A DNA stretch of 64,000 nucleotides, taken from IMG/VR virus record IMGVR_UViG_3300042400_000444; one strand, given 5' to 3'. Positions 44,658 to 55,558 of the stretch are shown piece after piece (position 1 is the first letter of the stretch; the number at the start of each line of letters is the position of its first letter). Under the pieces are notes generated by a model, which searched no databases, was not told the origin of the DNA, and saw only the letters and a list, made by a program, of their open reading frames with translations. Origin of the DNA: a virus. Its lineage: Duplodnaviria > Heunggongvirae > Uroviricota > Caudoviricetes. A program made the translations under genes and the position numbers.

Positions 44658-45050
44658 ATGTTTAACTACATTGAGCTTTTTTTTGATAACGATAAATATC
44701 TTTATACAGGAATTATCGAAATGACAACAGAATTTTTTAGAAAGTTTGCAGATTTAATCACAGAAGCCGAAGTGCCTGTTGTTAATCCTGCCGTAAAAAA
44801 AGCCGCAATAAAAATAGAGCGCGGAGTTGGTCGTATTTCTAGCATAGGAAATGATGATGGTTACGAATGGTTGGCAGGATGGAACACGCCAATTGGAGTA
44901 GCATACAACGCATATTGGGAGACTGACGCATGTGATGACATGGATTTCTCCGATTACTTAATACAAACTGTAGACCATACTACTATATTAGAATATGGTG
45001 CAGATGTTGCGAGCTGGGTTAACGACGCTAAATTTGATATTGATTTTTAA
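44658..45050 (+). CDS. hypothetical protein
   Basis: 130-aa ORF. Confidence 0.4.
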   Translation: MFNYIELFFDNDKYLYTGIIEMTTEFFRKFADLITEAEVPVVNPAVKKAAIKIERGVGRISSIGNDDGYEWLAGWNTPIGVAYNAYWETDACDDMDFSDYLIQTVDHTTILEYGADVASWVNDAKFDIDF

Positions 45051-45071
45051 GTAAGCAATTAGTTTACTAAT

Positions 45072-45098
45072 AAGGCACTTTTTAGTGCCTTTTTTTTT
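45072..45098 (+). terminator. rho-independent terminator
   Basis: AAGGCACTTTTTAGTGCCTTTTTTTTT. Confidence 0.7.
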
Positions 45099-45136
45099 AG
45101 GTTGATTTACTTAAAATATTCACGTATACTAATACT

Positions 45137-46261
45137 ATGACAATTGCATATACATTCGTTGAAGACTATTTAGAATTACTTGGGGGACACGACCCCAATA
45201 CATCTACAATTAGTAATCCCTTTGCTGTTCCTACTATAAGTCTTGCACGTTACGACACTACAATAGTAGAGAGCATGAGCGCACATACTTATTGGGGCGG
45301 TGCGCTAACAGACAAGCAAGCAGACCTTGCTGTACGTCTTGTGCTTAAATATCGCAAGCAATTTGCTAAACATAGCATTGATATAACGCCTATTGAAAAT
45401 CCACGTTATCGCAAGCCAGTGCGCATTATAAACAGAGCCAAACAAATTTGGTTAGATGATGAACGTATTGGTGTACGCTTTCCATATGACCTACCGATGA
45501 TTAAAGCAACACAAGAAGCAAGGAACATAAGTCAAGGTAGTATGAAGTACGACCAAGAAGAAAAGGTTTGGTATTTGGCAATTACTGAATGTAATGTAAA
45601 TTGGGCAGTGACTTGGGGCGAATTAAATCAATTTGAAATCGACCCACTTGTACAAAACTTGTTTAATTTGATTATGGAGTGTGAAGCAATACCATACGAA
45701 ATCAAATTAATACGCAACGAAACATGCTTTGAAATTACTAACGCTTCTGATAGTTTAATCGAATACATTAACACTAAGTTGGGTGGCTTCGGGTTTGATA
45801 ACGTAGTTGCACTAATTGACAATTCTGGTGTGCTTGGATACACATATGATGATATGCTAATACGTCCTGCACTATTAGATATATTTGGTTCTAAACGTGA
45901 TATACATTTACCAATGATGGAAGATGCATTATCGATGTTATTTGCGTATGCAGAAGTAACCAATCGTTATCCAATATGCATATATGACCCAGCAATGACA
46001 TCTGTTAATATAGACTTGAGTATGTTCAAAGATGATGAAGTTGTCCGTTTTAACTACAGTGGTAAAACAAAGACTTGTGATTACAATATAGATCATGTTA
46101 AAGTAGTATATGCAAATAAGATTCCAACAACTTGGGATTATCCTGTGCCTTTACTTATTTCGATGGTTGAAATGATGTATGGTGGTAAACGTATGGAATG
46201 GCTTAACAGAGCAGAAAAGATTGCGTACTGCACGACTACTAAATTAAGAGAAACTGATTAA
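45137..46261 (+). CDS. hypothetical protein (374 aa)
   Basis: Long ORF, ATGA-coupled to uvsW. Confidence 0.5.
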   Translation: MTIAYTFVEDYLELLGGHDPNTSTISNPFAVPTISLARYDTTIVESMSAHTYWGGALTDKQADLAVRLVLKYRKQFAKHSIDITPIENPRYRKPVRIINRAKQIWLDDERIGVRFPYDLPMIKATQEARNISQGSMKYDQEEKVWYLAITECNVNWAVTWGELNQFEIDPLVQNLFNLIMECEAIPYEIKLIRNETCFEITNASDSLIEYINTKLGGFGFDNVVALIDNSGVLGYTYDDMLIRPALLDIFGSKRDIHLPMMEDALSMLFAYAEVTNRYPICIYDPAMTSVNIDLSMFKDDEVVRFNYSGKTKTCDYNIDHVKVVYANKIPTTWDYPVPLLISMVEMMYGGKRMEWLNRAEKIAYCTTTKLRETD

Positions 46262-47718
46262 TGGCAACCTGTAAAATTATAATTAAAGATGAAGTGAACT
46301 GTAAGTTAGAAGGTCTTGAACTTACTGAGCGCAAGTATCTAGCCAACAAATTTAAGTTTGAAATCCCAGGCGCACGTTATCTACCAAGTGTACGTCTTGG
46401 TCGCTGGGATGGCAAGGTAGCATACTTTCAATTAGGTGGCAGTACCTACACTAATTTGCTTGCTGAAATGTTACCCTACATTGACGAACGTGGCTATAAC
46501 ATTGAATTAGAAGACCTCCGTGACTATCGTACACAGTTTGATTTTACACAGGTAACAGAAGCTACATTTGCACATAAAGTGTGGCCTAAAAAACACCCTA
46601 TTGAAGGACAGCCCGTTGTCTTACGAGATTATCAAATTGAGATCATTAACAAGTTTCTTGAGAACCCACAATGCTTACAAGAAATTGCAACAGGCGCAGG
46701 TAAGACATTAATTACTGCGGCATTAAGTTATAGCTGTGAACCTTATGGACGCACTGTGGTAATTGTACCAAACAAAAGCCTGGTAACACAAACAGAAGCA
46801 GACTATATTAACCTGGGCCTAGATGTGGGTGTTTACTTTGGTGACCGTAAAGAGTTCGGACATACACATACTATCTGTACTTGGCAAAGTCTAAACATCC
46901 TGCTTAAAAATACCAAAGCACACGAAGCAGACGTTACCATAATGGAATTTTTAGAAGGTGTTGTTTGTGTAATGGTCGATGAAGTACACATGGCTAAAGC
47001 AGATGCACTTAAAACATTACTTACTACTGTAATGGCACACATTCCGATCCGGTGGGGATTAACAGGCACAATACCTAAAGAAATGTACGAATTTATGGCT
47101 CTAAAGTGTTCGTTGGGTGAGGTATTGGGACGTTTAAGCGCCAGTGAATTGCAAGACCAGGGTGTACTTGCTAACTGTCATGTAAACGTTGTGCAACTAG
47201 TTGACCATGTTGAATACAAAGATTATCAAAGCGAGTTAAAATATCTATTAGAGACTGATGCACGTATCAATTACATAAGTAAAATGATAGAGCGTATTAG
47301 ATTAACGGGCAATACACTTGTATTGGTTGATAGAATTGCTCCAGGCAAAGCATTGGTTGACTTAGTTAAAGATGCTGTGTTTGTATCAGGAGGAACAAAA
47401 GCAAATGACAGAAAAGACAGTTATGATGAGTTTGCAACCAGTGATAACTTTGTTGCTGTTGCTACCTATGGTGTTGCTGCTGTTGGCATCAATATTCCTC
47501 GTGTTTTTAACCTTGTGCTTATTGAGCCTGGTAAATCTTTTGTTAGGGTCATCCAAAGTATCGGGCGTGGCATTCGAAAAGCGGAAGACAAAGACTTTGT
47601 ACAGATCTGGGACGTAACATCAACTTGTAAGTTTGCTAAACGACATCTTACAGTTAGAAAGAAATTCTATACAGAAGCAAACTATCCTTATGCGGTAGAA
47701 AAAACGGAGTGGAAATAA
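46261..47718 (+). CDS. uvsW: UvsW-like SF2 DNA helicase
   Basis: N-terminal (K/R)xGxWDG(K/R) region as in T4 UvsW. Helicase motifs ATGAGKT (I), MVDEVH (II), TGT (III). C-terminal RecA-like domain 2. Confidence 0.7.
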   Translation: MATCKIIIKDEVNCKLEGLELTERKYLANKFKFEIPGARYLPSVRLGRWDGKVAYFQLGGSTYTNLLAEMLPYIDERGYNIELEDLRDYRTQFDFTQVTEATFAHKVWPKKHPIEGQPVVLRDYQIEIINKFLENPQCLQEIATGAGKTLITAALSYSCEPYGRTVVIVPNKSLVTQTEADYINLGLDVGVYFGDRKEFGHTHTICTWQSLNILLKNTKAHEADVTIMEFLEGVVCVMVDEVHMAKADALKTLLTTVMAHIPIRWGLTGTIPKEMYEFMALKCSLGEVLGRLSASELQDQGVLANCHVNVVQLVDHVEYKDYQSELKYLLETDARINYISKMIERIRLTGNTLVLVDRIAPGKALVDLVKDAVFVSGGTKANDRKDSYDEFATSDNFVAVATYGVAAVGINIPRVFNLVLIEPGKSFVRVIQSIGRGIRKAEDKDFVQIWDVTSTCKFAKRHLTVRKKFYTEANYPYAVEKTEWK

Positions 47719-47721
47719 CAA

Positions 47722-48312
47722 ATGGAAAGCAACAATTCCGCTGAAATTATTTGCAAAACTATTGTTGAACAGTTAACTGAATTCATTACAGGAAAAATTT
47801 TAGAAATTGGTCCACTTGACGGTCGATTTACTGAGCAATTTTTACAATATACTAATAATATTTCTGTAGTTGAATATGATAGCGGTTTATGCAATGTACT
47901 TAGAGAAAAGTTTTTAGGTAATATTACAATCTACGAAGAAGATGCACATTTGTTCCTAAGCCGGACTAATACACATTATGATACTGTGGTTTTGTTTGGT
48001 TTTTTATATCATTCGCATGCGCCATTGGCAATAGTCGAAGATATGGTTAATAACATTTCTCCAAAATATATATTGTTAGAAACATGGGATATGAATTGCC
48101 CTGTGGCCATCAAAGAAGAGCTTATTAATATTACAGGATGGCGCTGGGCACATAAAAAACATTGTGGATTAAGCATAACAATAAATGACTTTTATTATGA
48201 AAAAGCATTAGATATTTTGGGATATAGGCTAATTAAAAAATTTCGGTCCGAGGATCTAATAGAATGTGCATCCTTTAAAAAAGGCGGAATTTATATGGTA
48301 TTTGAAAAATAA
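47722..48312 (+). CDS. KsgA/Erm-like SAM-dependent methyltransferase (putative)
   Basis: GKILEIGPLDGRFT resembles rRNA adenine dimethylase motif I (VLEIGPGxGxLT). Confidence 0.4.
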   Translation: MESNNSAEIICKTIVEQLTEFITGKILEIGPLDGRFTEQFLQYTNNISVVEYDSGLCNVLREKFLGNITIYEEDAHLFLSRTNTHYDTVVLFGFLYHSHAPLAIVEDMVNNISPKYILLETWDMNCPVAIKEELINITGWRWAHKKHCGLSITINDFYYEKALDILGYRLIKKFRSEDLIECASFKKGGIYMVFEK

Positions 48313-48539
48313 TTAAAGAGAATATATGCACATACTAATTTTAGAAAAAACGGAGTGGAAATGAAAAAATTAATAGTCAAATTGATAAACCCAAGGTTTA
48401 CTTTGCTAATAAAACACAGTATAATATAGAGTGTATTGCAACATCTATTTTAAATTTTGATGAATTTCCGCTTCATAAAGAAGTTCTTCAAATGTTTAAT
48501 AACTTAGACATTGCGCATTACCATAATTAAAGAGAACAC

Positions 48540-49040
48540 ATGCATATACTAACCTTAGAAAACACAGCGTACGAAATGAATGAAATTCCAGATGAAGTGG
48601 AGGATTTACGCTTTGCTATTTTAGATAACAGTGACCCAAAGAATCCAGATTACTTCTTTATTCCACTTATCTTTTTAGAATCATTTAATAGCCCTGCACT
48701 TGTATTGAACATTGGCGGCAACATGGTAAAGATGCCAGTTGATTGGCAAGTACTAATCGGTGAACCCGACATCGGTGATTTGGAAGTTATACCATTAACA
48801 AGTATTAACGATCGTGGCTTTAGTGTATTTGGATTTAATCCATTATCCAGCTTTAAGCCGGAGTTCTTTAAGATTGAGATTGTGGACATTTATCAAGATG
48901 TTAAATGGTATTTTCCTAAACTCAAGCCAGGACAGATGCTTGCAGTACCAATTGAATCAGGTGAAGCACCACTATGCGCATACTTTGTTAAGGACATTTC
49001 AAGACAAAGTGAAATTGTAGACTACTCAAAGATTTGGTAA
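48540..49040 (+). CDS. hypothetical protein
   Basis: 166-aa ORF. Confidence 0.45.
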   Translation: MHILTLENTAYEMNEIPDEVEDLRFAILDNSDPKNPDYFFIPLIFLESFNSPALVLNIGGNMVKMPVDWQVLIGEPDIGDLEVIPLTSINDRGFSVFGFNPLSSFKPEFFKIEIVDIYQDVKWYFPKLKPGQMLAVPIESGEAPLCAYFVKDISRQSEIVDYSKIW

Positions 49041-49213
49041 TATGATACATAAGAGAGCATGGCGGCTATGGGCTAAAGCACTCGGTGAAAAAGCCGGAAC
49101 AACAGATAGCGAAGCAGATAGAGTTGCACTGATACGCACTATAATTGTAATAACATACCTGCTAACTAATTTTACTATTATTGCAGGTGTATTGCGACAT
49201 TGGAATGGATAAT

Positions 49214-49483
49214 ATGACAACTAAACTTAATCCTAGTGTAATAACAGATGATATGATGTACGAAGGCACGGACTTATCGGGTGCGGTTGTGCCAACTGCT
49301 GAAATTGATGCATGGGCATTAGATAACAAGCGTCAGATACTTAAACATCATGAAGAAATGATGGAACGAGCTATGTGGGAAAAGATTCGCCAAACAGCTA
49401 AAACAAATATTGCTTTACAAGCCGCCCTTGATCATGTTATAATGATATATAAGTTAAGCAAGGAATATAAAGATGGCATTTAA
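49214..49483 (+). CDS. hypothetical protein
   Basis: In-frame ATG within ORF 49181-49483. Confidence 0.35.
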   Translation: MTTKLNPSVITDDMMYEGTDLSGAVVPTAEIDAWALDNKRQILKHHEEMMERAMWEKIRQTAKTNIALQAALDHVIMIYKLSKEYKDGI

Positions 49484-49712
49484 CGCTAAACAATTTAAAG
49501 TAAAGAAGAAACGTGCAGTAGACCCAAATGCGCCACCCCGCCCTAACCTACTTTCGCATGAAAAGCGCATGAAAGAATCGCAAGCGGCATTTGAAGAACT
49601 GTATCGTAAAGTACATCAACAAGATGAATTTATTGCAAGTTTAAAAACAAAGTTACAATTCTTAGAGAACACAGTGAATTACATGGCAAACAAACTAAGA
49701 GGCGGCAAGTGA
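49473..49712 (+). CDS. hypothetical coiled-coil protein
   Basis: 79-aa ORF, coupled. Confidence 0.4.
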   Translation: MAFNAKQFKVKKKRAVDPNAPPRPNLLSHEKRMKESQAAFEELYRKVHQQDEFIASLKTKLQFLENTVNYMANKLRGGK

Positions 49713-50173
49713 GTTCAAGTTTACAAATCAATGATGAAATGGCAGCATATGATCGCAAAGATCGTGCTTACTACGATAACTTTACAGCAGAAGATTTGAA
49801 GAAGTTTAGCACATACTTGATGTTACGTTATGGTGCAAGTGTTACAGGGTCTGCTGATTTACAAGCATACTATGTTATGGCAGTAAATGAACGGGTAAAC
49901 AAAAACTTCTTTGACTTAAACAAACATCCAAAGTTACAATGGTTAATGTGTACAACTGTAAGCCCGGGTATGGGTAGACAAAGTCATTATTGGCAAGGTA
50001 CTAAGAAGAAAGAAGGCAATAGCAAAGCACAAAAGTTTCTCGCTAAACTATATCCAAACATGCGCCAAGATGAACTTGATGTACTTGTTGCAATCAATGA
50101 TACTAAAAGTCTTAAACTGCTCGGACAGAAAATGGGCATGGATGACAAGACCATTAAGAAAGAGCTAGAATGA
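49709..50173 (+). CDS. hypothetical protein; weak resemblance to T4 gp62 clamp-loader small subunit
   Basis: SKAQKFLAKLYP versus gp62 VLIIKLLAKRYQ. Low-confidence recall. Confidence 0.35.
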   Translation: MSSSLQINDEMAAYDRKDRAYYDNFTAEDLKKFSTYLMLRYGASVTGSADLQAYYVMAVNERVNKNFFDLNKHPKLQWLMCTTVSPGMGRQSHYWQGTKKKEGNSKAQKFLAKLYPNMRQDELDVLVAINDTKSLKLLGQKMGMDDKTIKKELE

Positions 50174-50880
50174 GTACATTATTAATCAATGGTTGTAGTT
50201 ATGCATGTTCGTGGGGTGCCGAACTCCCGGTAGAATTGGGAAATAAATTAGGATTTGACAAAACAGTTAACATAGGACACGGTGGCGGCAGCAATTCTAG
50301 AACCTTTCGAACTACTATGGAATATATATTAGGAAACGATTCTGTTGAGTTTGTAATTTTAATGTTAACATTTTGGGGCAGGGATGAAGGAGCATGGGCG
50401 AAATCAATCCCGATTGAGGGGCCGTGGATATCGCACGGTTCAGCACTGCATACACATGACATAAATGCTAACAATAGAACTATGGATGTGCCCATTGATT
50501 GGGTAACACAGTATTTGGAGTTAAAAACATTAATCGGGTTTAATGGCGTACATTGCTGTGATACATTGATAACAGATTTGTTATGTTTAATAGGGTGGCT
50601 AAAGTCTAGAAATATTAAATATTGTATATTTGGTGCATGTGATATGGAATATAGTCAAGACTCCTTATCTCCGATTAAAAAAAGAGAATTATTAACTGAC
50701 CCTGGTGTGATTAATATATTCGAATGGAGTAGTAATAAATTTTTATACGAAAACGGCGCAGAATGTGATGATCAAGATGCGAAACTGCCTTATCCGTATA
50801 TTCGTCACTATAAGCCGGCTGGCTACAGCGTACTAAATGATTTTTTATATAATTATATTACAGATAATAAATTACTATGA
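50170..50880 (+). CDS. hypothetical protein
   Basis: 236-aa ORF, coupled. Confidence 0.45.
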   Translation: MSTLLINGCSYACSWGAELPVELGNKLGFDKTVNIGHGGGSNSRTFRTTMEYILGNDSVEFVILMLTFWGRDEGAWAKSIPIEGPWISHGSALHTHDINANNRTMDVPIDWVTQYLELKTLIGFNGVHCCDTLITDLLCLIGWLKSRNIKYCIFGACDMEYSQDSLSPIKKRELLTDPGVINIFEWSSNKFLYENGAECDDQDAKLPYPYIRHYKPAGYSVLNDFLYNYITDNKLL

Positions 50881-51620
50881 TTGATGAAATCGTATCGGCT
50901 TGGAATGAAGGTAAAACTAACATAGAAGCTACACCAACATATACTTGTAAGTATTGCTCGAAGGAATTTCGTAAAGAAAGTACTCTGGCTGCGCATCTGT
51001 GTGAACCCAAACGTCGTTGGCAACAAGAAAAAGAAGTTGGGGTGCAGTTCGGCTTACAAGCATATCTACGTTTCTTTGAGCTAACGCAAGGTTCGGCTAA
51101 ACTAAAGAGCTATGCTGACTTTGTTACAAGTCCATACTACACAGCGTTTGTTAAGTTCGGCAGGCATATTATTGGTATACGTGCAGTAAACCCAAAAGCA
51201 TTTATTGAATATGTAATTAAACAGAACAAGAAGATTGACAACTGGACACATGAAGTAATATACTTAGAATACTTGCATCAATACATGCGCAAAGAAGCAG
51301 TACAAGATGCACTTGAACGAGCACTAACGGAGATGCAGAATTATGTGGATGAAAATACGGAATTATTTCCAAACGGGTTTACAGACTATTTTAGATTGGC
51401 TAACGCAAACCGTGTTTGTCATCACATCGCTAATGGTCGTATTAGTCCTTGGATTGTGTTTAACTGTGATTCGGGTATTGCATTCTTGGATACATTGGGC
51501 GAAGAGCAAATTACACAAATAATCACAATGATTGACCCGGAGTATTGGCAACGTAAGTTTAAGGATTACTTGGCTGATACTGAATGGACTAAACAAATAT
51601 TGAAAGATGCTGGGCTATGA
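50877..51620 (+). CDS. C2H2-zinc-finger-containing hypothetical protein
   Basis: CKYCSKEFRKESTLAAHLC. Confidence 0.45.
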   Translation: MIDEIVSAWNEGKTNIEATPTYTCKYCSKEFRKESTLAAHLCEPKRRWQQEKEVGVQFGLQAYLRFFELTQGSAKLKSYADFVTSPYYTAFVKFGRHIIGIRAVNPKAFIEYVIKQNKKIDNWTHEVIYLEYLHQYMRKEAVQDALERALTEMQNYVDENTELFPNGFTDYFRLANANRVCHHIANGRISPWIVFNCDSGIAFLDTLGEEQITQIITMIDPEYWQRKFKDYLADTEWTKQILKDAGL

Positions 51621-52198
51621 CCATTAAGTTTAAAAGTGACATTGATATTGATTTTGCCGACAGAGAACAAGTTATTGACTTGCTTAATGTAACACAGGCA
51701 AGTATTCTGCGTGATGGTAAGATGGTTAAGCACAATACTGGGGTGTATGCAACCGACATCCCACAAGACCCATTCACAGCGCAAGCAAGTTTAGATTATG
51801 ATGTTGCCGAAGATAGAGGTTATGTTAAGCTGGACTTTCTTAATGTAAACTTATATAAGCAAGTACGTAATGAAGAACATCTAATTGAACTTATGCGTGA
51901 ACCAGACTGGGCTAAACTATACGACCCAGATTTCTGTGCGCAATTGATGCATGTAAATGCACATTATGACTTACTGCTACAAATGCCCGAAGCAGTAAAC
52001 ACTATTCCGCGACTAGCAATGTTCCTTGCTATTATACGTCCTGCAAAGCGACACTTGGTTGGTAAAACTTGGAAAGAAGTTGCTGAAACTGTGTGGGATA
52101 AACCTGCTGATGATACTTATTACTTCAAACGTAGTCACTCATGTGCTTACGCAAATCTAGTTGTCGTTAATATGAACTTACTGGATACGTCTAACTAA
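51617..52198 (+). CDS. hypothetical protein
   Basis: 193-aa ORF, coupled. Confidence 0.45.
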   Translation: MTIKFKSDIDIDFADREQVIDLLNVTQASILRDGKMVKHNTGVYATDIPQDPFTAQASLDYDVAEDRGYVKLDFLNVNLYKQVRNEEHLIELMREPDWAKLYDPDFCAQLMHVNAHYDLLLQMPEAVNTIPRLAMFLAIIRPAKRHLVGKTWKEVAETVWDKPADDTYYFKRSHSCAYANLVVVNMNLLDTSN

Positions 52199-52597
52199 CG
52201 TAATACTTCTGCGCTTACTGCGCTTTGCTGCAATCTCTCTTAAACTTACGTACGGTCCATGTTGTATTACGACATCTTTGCTGTTAAACGTTTTTAAACA
52301 AACTCTAAACTCTACCCAATCCTGCTTTAAAAATACGTTAATAGGTATAAGTCTATTACTCTCCCACCACCACTGATCTGCCATTGCTAAAAACACTGTT
52401 TTCTGTTCTATAGTACGTAATGCCGCAAAGTCGTATATAGTGGTGATAAATTCATCTGCATTTTGAACAATGCCAATATAATCATTTCCGCCATACGTTA
52501 TGAACGATAAGAAGGGATATTGATCGAGTAAAATCTTGTGACTGTCTTCCATGTGATTCCGTATAAATATGTGATAAGGGATAAAACACAGTGCCAC
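52178..52597 (-). CDS. hypothetical protein on minus strand
   Basis: 139-aa ORF with balanced composition. The + strand has no competing ORF across 52198-52590. Confidence 0.4.
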   Translation of the reverse strand: MALCFIPYHIFIRNHMEDSHKILLDQYPFLSFITYGGNDYIGIVQNADEFITTIYDFAALRTIEQKTVFLAMADQWWWESNRLIPINVFLKQDWVEFRVCLKTFNSKDVVIQHGPYVSLREIAAKRSKRRSITLVRRIQ

Positions 52598-53028
52598 TCA
52601 TCACAAGTTATTTATATGAAAATATTATAGAGGTTCAAGTTCTAGACAATGATCCCACAATTAAAACAAGGAATAGAATCGTGTATAGCAGACCAGTGAA
52701 AGTTTATAAGAATATTGACAATATTATCACAATTCAATTCAGAAACAATGACCAAAAGCCTGCTAATATTACTAGTAGAGATTTTACCTTTGCTCTGACA
52801 GACGGCAATGTAACAGTATGGTCGACTACTGCTAATATCACTAGTATAACTACTTCGGTTGGTACGGTTACATTGGACCAAGCAAACGTTGCGAACCTAA
52901 CACAAGAATACTACAATTACACAGTAAGCTATACTGGAACAGCAGTAGGTAACTTAACACTACCTGCATACACTGATGACAATTGGGGTGCGGCTGGACA
53001 AATGCAAGTTATCTCAAACGTTTATTAA
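52591..53028 (+). CDS. hypothetical protein (possible Ig-like beta-sandwich; GTG start)
   Basis: 145-aa ORF rich in T/N/V. Start uncertain. Confidence 0.3.
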   Translation: MPLITSYLYENIIEVQVLDNDPTIKTRNRIVYSRPVKVYKNIDNIITIQFRNNDQKPANITSRDFTFALTDGNVTVWSTTANITSITTSVGTVTLDQANVANLTQEYYNYTVSYTGTAVGNLTLPAYTDDNWGAAGQMQVISNVY

Positions 53029-53038
53029 TCAAAATACT

Positions 53039-53067
53039 TGACTCGTAGTAACAACTAGCATATAATA
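53039..53067 (+). promoter_or_regulatory. sigma70-type promoter
   Basis: TTGACT-N17-TATAAT. Confidence 0.5.
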
Positions 53068-53073
53068 TAGTAT

Positions 53074-54105
53074 ATGCTGAATATAATCTCTAATTTTGTT
53101 AAAACAATTCTGCCCGCAAAGCGCAAAACAACGCCAAGCGGCTGGACAAGTTTCAACGGAGTATGTTGTCCACATAACGGTGAATCAGCAGATACCCGTG
53201 GCCGTGGTGGCTTAACAGCCAACGCAGATGGTAGTGTTAGCTATCACTGTTTCAATTGTGGTTTCAAAGCCAGCTACCAACCAGGCAGACACTTAACATT
53301 TAAATTCCGTAAACTACTTGGTTGGCTTGGTGCTAACGATGGTGATGTTAAACGTCTAGTAATCGAAGCAATCCGCATTAAAGATTTAGTAGCGCCAGAA
53401 CAGGTAAAAGAACCAGAAGAAAAGATTGAGTTTAAAGTTCGTGACTTACCCAAAGATGCTTTAAGTTTCCAGCAGCTACTTACACATCACATATTAGATG
53501 ACTTTAATAATGTTCCCACACTGCTAAATTCAGCAGTTGACTATATTAAACAGCGTAAAGTTGATCATACCAAATATGATTTCTTGTGGACTGATAGTAC
53601 AGAACACAGTCTACATCAACGTGTAATCATTCCAATTATTTGGGAAGGTAAACCCATTGGTTATACCAGCCGTGCATTTACTGATGGGGTTAAACCAAAG
53701 TATTACAGTCACTATGAACCCAACGTTGTATTCAACACTAACAATCAACAACGTGATTGGAAGTTTGTTATTGTTTGTGAAGGCCCATTCGATGCTATGG
53801 CAATTGATGGTGTAGCAGTATTAGGTAATGAAGTAGCAGAAGTACAAGCAGATATTATTGATGCACTTGGTCGCGAAGTTATTGTTGTTGCTGATGCAGA
53901 CAAAAGCGGTGCTAAACTTGTCGATGCGGCAATAAAGTATGGGTGGAGTGTAAGTTTTCCGGTATGGCAGGAAGATGCTGACTGCAAAGACATTAGCGAT
54001 GCAGTAGTTAAGTACGGCAAACTGTTTGTGCTTAAAAGCATTATTGATGCTAAAGAAACAAGTAAATTAAAAATTGAGCTATTAAGAAAAAGGCTATATA
54101 ATTAA
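53074..54105 (+). CDS. DNA primase (T4 gp61-like)
   Basis: Zn-ribbon CCPHNGESADTRGRGG...YHCFNCGF. TOPRIM-like VIVCEGPFDAMAI...VVADADKSG. Confidence 0.7.
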   Translation: MLNIISNFVKTILPAKRKTTPSGWTSFNGVCCPHNGESADTRGRGGLTANADGSVSYHCFNCGFKASYQPGRHLTFKFRKLLGWLGANDGDVKRLVIEAIRIKDLVAPEQVKEPEEKIEFKVRDLPKDALSFQQLLTHHILDDFNNVPTLLNSAVDYIKQRKVDHTKYDFLWTDSTEHSLHQRVIIPIIWEGKPIGYTSRAFTDGVKPKYYSHYEPNVVFNTNNQQRDWKFVIVCEGPFDAMAIDGVAVLGNEVAEVQADIIDALGREVIVVADADKSGAKLVDAAIKYGWSVSFPVWQEDADCKDISDAVVKYGKLFVLKSIIDAKETSKLKIELLRKRLYN

Positions 54106-54108
54106 CAT

Positions 54109-55515
54109 ATGAGCAAAGAATATTCAGCAGACCTACAACGTTTATTTTTAGAAATGATGTTACAAGACCCGCAAAGTTATGTGCGAGTACAAAACATCTA
54201 CAATCCCGAAAACTTTGATAGAAGTTTACGTGAAGCTGCTAAATTTATTAAACAACACAGTGACGAATACAGAACACTTCCTACCATTGATCAAGTGCAG
54301 GCAGTAACTACAGTCACACTTAAACACGTGCCCGACCTAACTGAAGATCACTATAGCTGGTTTATGACAGAGTTCGAGGGCTTTACTAAACGTAACGAAC
54401 TTGAACGTGCAATTCTTGCGGCGGCAGATATGTTAGAGAAGGGCGAGTATGATCCTGTAGAAAAACTTATTAAAGACGCTGTACAAATAAGTTTAACTAA
54501 AGACATGGGTATAGAATACTTTGAAGACCCACGTACTCGAATCGACAAATATTTCAACAGTGGCGGCCAAGTAAGCACAGGCTGGCCACAAATGGATAAG
54601 ATATTGTACGGTGGCTTTAGTCGCGGTGAACTTAACATCTTTGCAGGCGGATCTGGTTCGGGTAAATCATTGGTTATGATGAACATTGCACTTAGCTGGT
54701 TGCAAGCTGGGCTAAGTGGTGTGTATGTAACATTGGAACTTAGTGAAGAACTATGTAGTCTGCGTACAGATGCTATGCTTACTGGTATGAGTACAAAAGA
54801 CATTAGAAAAGATATTGATACAACAGAACTTAAAGTTAAGATGGTGGGTAAGAAATCTGGACAATATCGTGTTAAGGGCTTTCCAGCACAAAGTAACGTA
54901 AACGACATACGCAGTTACTTAAAAGAAGTGCAGATACAAACAGGTATTAAAATTGACTTTGTTATGGTGGATTACTTAGACTTAGTAATGCCAGTGTCGA
55001 TTAAAGTTAACCCAAATGATCAGTTTATTAAAGACAAGTACGTAGCAGAAGAATTGCGCAACTTAGCAAAAGAGCTTAATGTATTACTTGTAACAGCATC
55101 GCAGTTAAATCGTAGTGCAGTTGAAGAAATTGAGTTTGATCATAGTCATATTGCGGGTGGTATTAGTAAGATTAATACAGCAGATAACGTGTTTGGTATC
55201 TTTACAAGCAGAGCAATGAAAGAACGTGGTCGCTATCAGTTACAATGTATGAAGTCACGTAGCTCAACTGGTGTAGGACATAAAGTAGACTTGGAATACA
55301 ATATCGAAACAATGCGCATTACAGACCCTGGTGAAGATATGGCAGGTGATGGCAATGGTGCAAGTCGTAATATCAACAATGTGCTAAACAACATTAAACC
55401 AAACTCAACAGTTAATAAAGAAACTGGTGAAATTACAGACCATCCAAAAATCAATGCAACTGTAGATAGTAGCAAACTTAAAAGTATGCTTGCTGGTCTA
55501 AAGAATTCGGATTAA
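54109..55515 (+). CDS. DnaB-family replicative helicase (T4 gp41-like)
   Basis: Walker A GGSGSGKS. DnaB-like H2-H4 motifs (VDYLDL, ASQLNRS). Confidence 0.8.
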   Translation: MSKEYSADLQRLFLEMMLQDPQSYVRVQNIYNPENFDRSLREAAKFIKQHSDEYRTLPTIDQVQAVTTVTLKHVPDLTEDHYSWFMTEFEGFTKRNELERAILAAADMLEKGEYDPVEKLIKDAVQISLTKDMGIEYFEDPRTRIDKYFNSGGQVSTGWPQMDKILYGGFSRGELNIFAGGSGSGKSLVMMNIALSWLQAGLSGVYVTLELSEELCSLRTDAMLTGMSTKDIRKDIDTTELKVKMVGKKSGQYRVKGFPAQSNVNDIRSYLKEVQIQTGIKIDFVMVDYLDLVMPVSIKVNPNDQFIKDKYVAEELRNLAKELNVLLVTASQLNRSAVEEIEFDHSHIAGGISKINTADNVFGIFTSRAMKERGRYQLQCMKSRSSTGVGHKVDLEYNIETMRITDPGEDMAGDGNGASRNINNVLNNIKPNSTVNKETGEITDHPKINATVDSSKLKSMLAGLKNSD

Positions 55516-55558
55516 CTTATTCTTAATTACTAATAAATAATACAAATGGAGTAAGATC

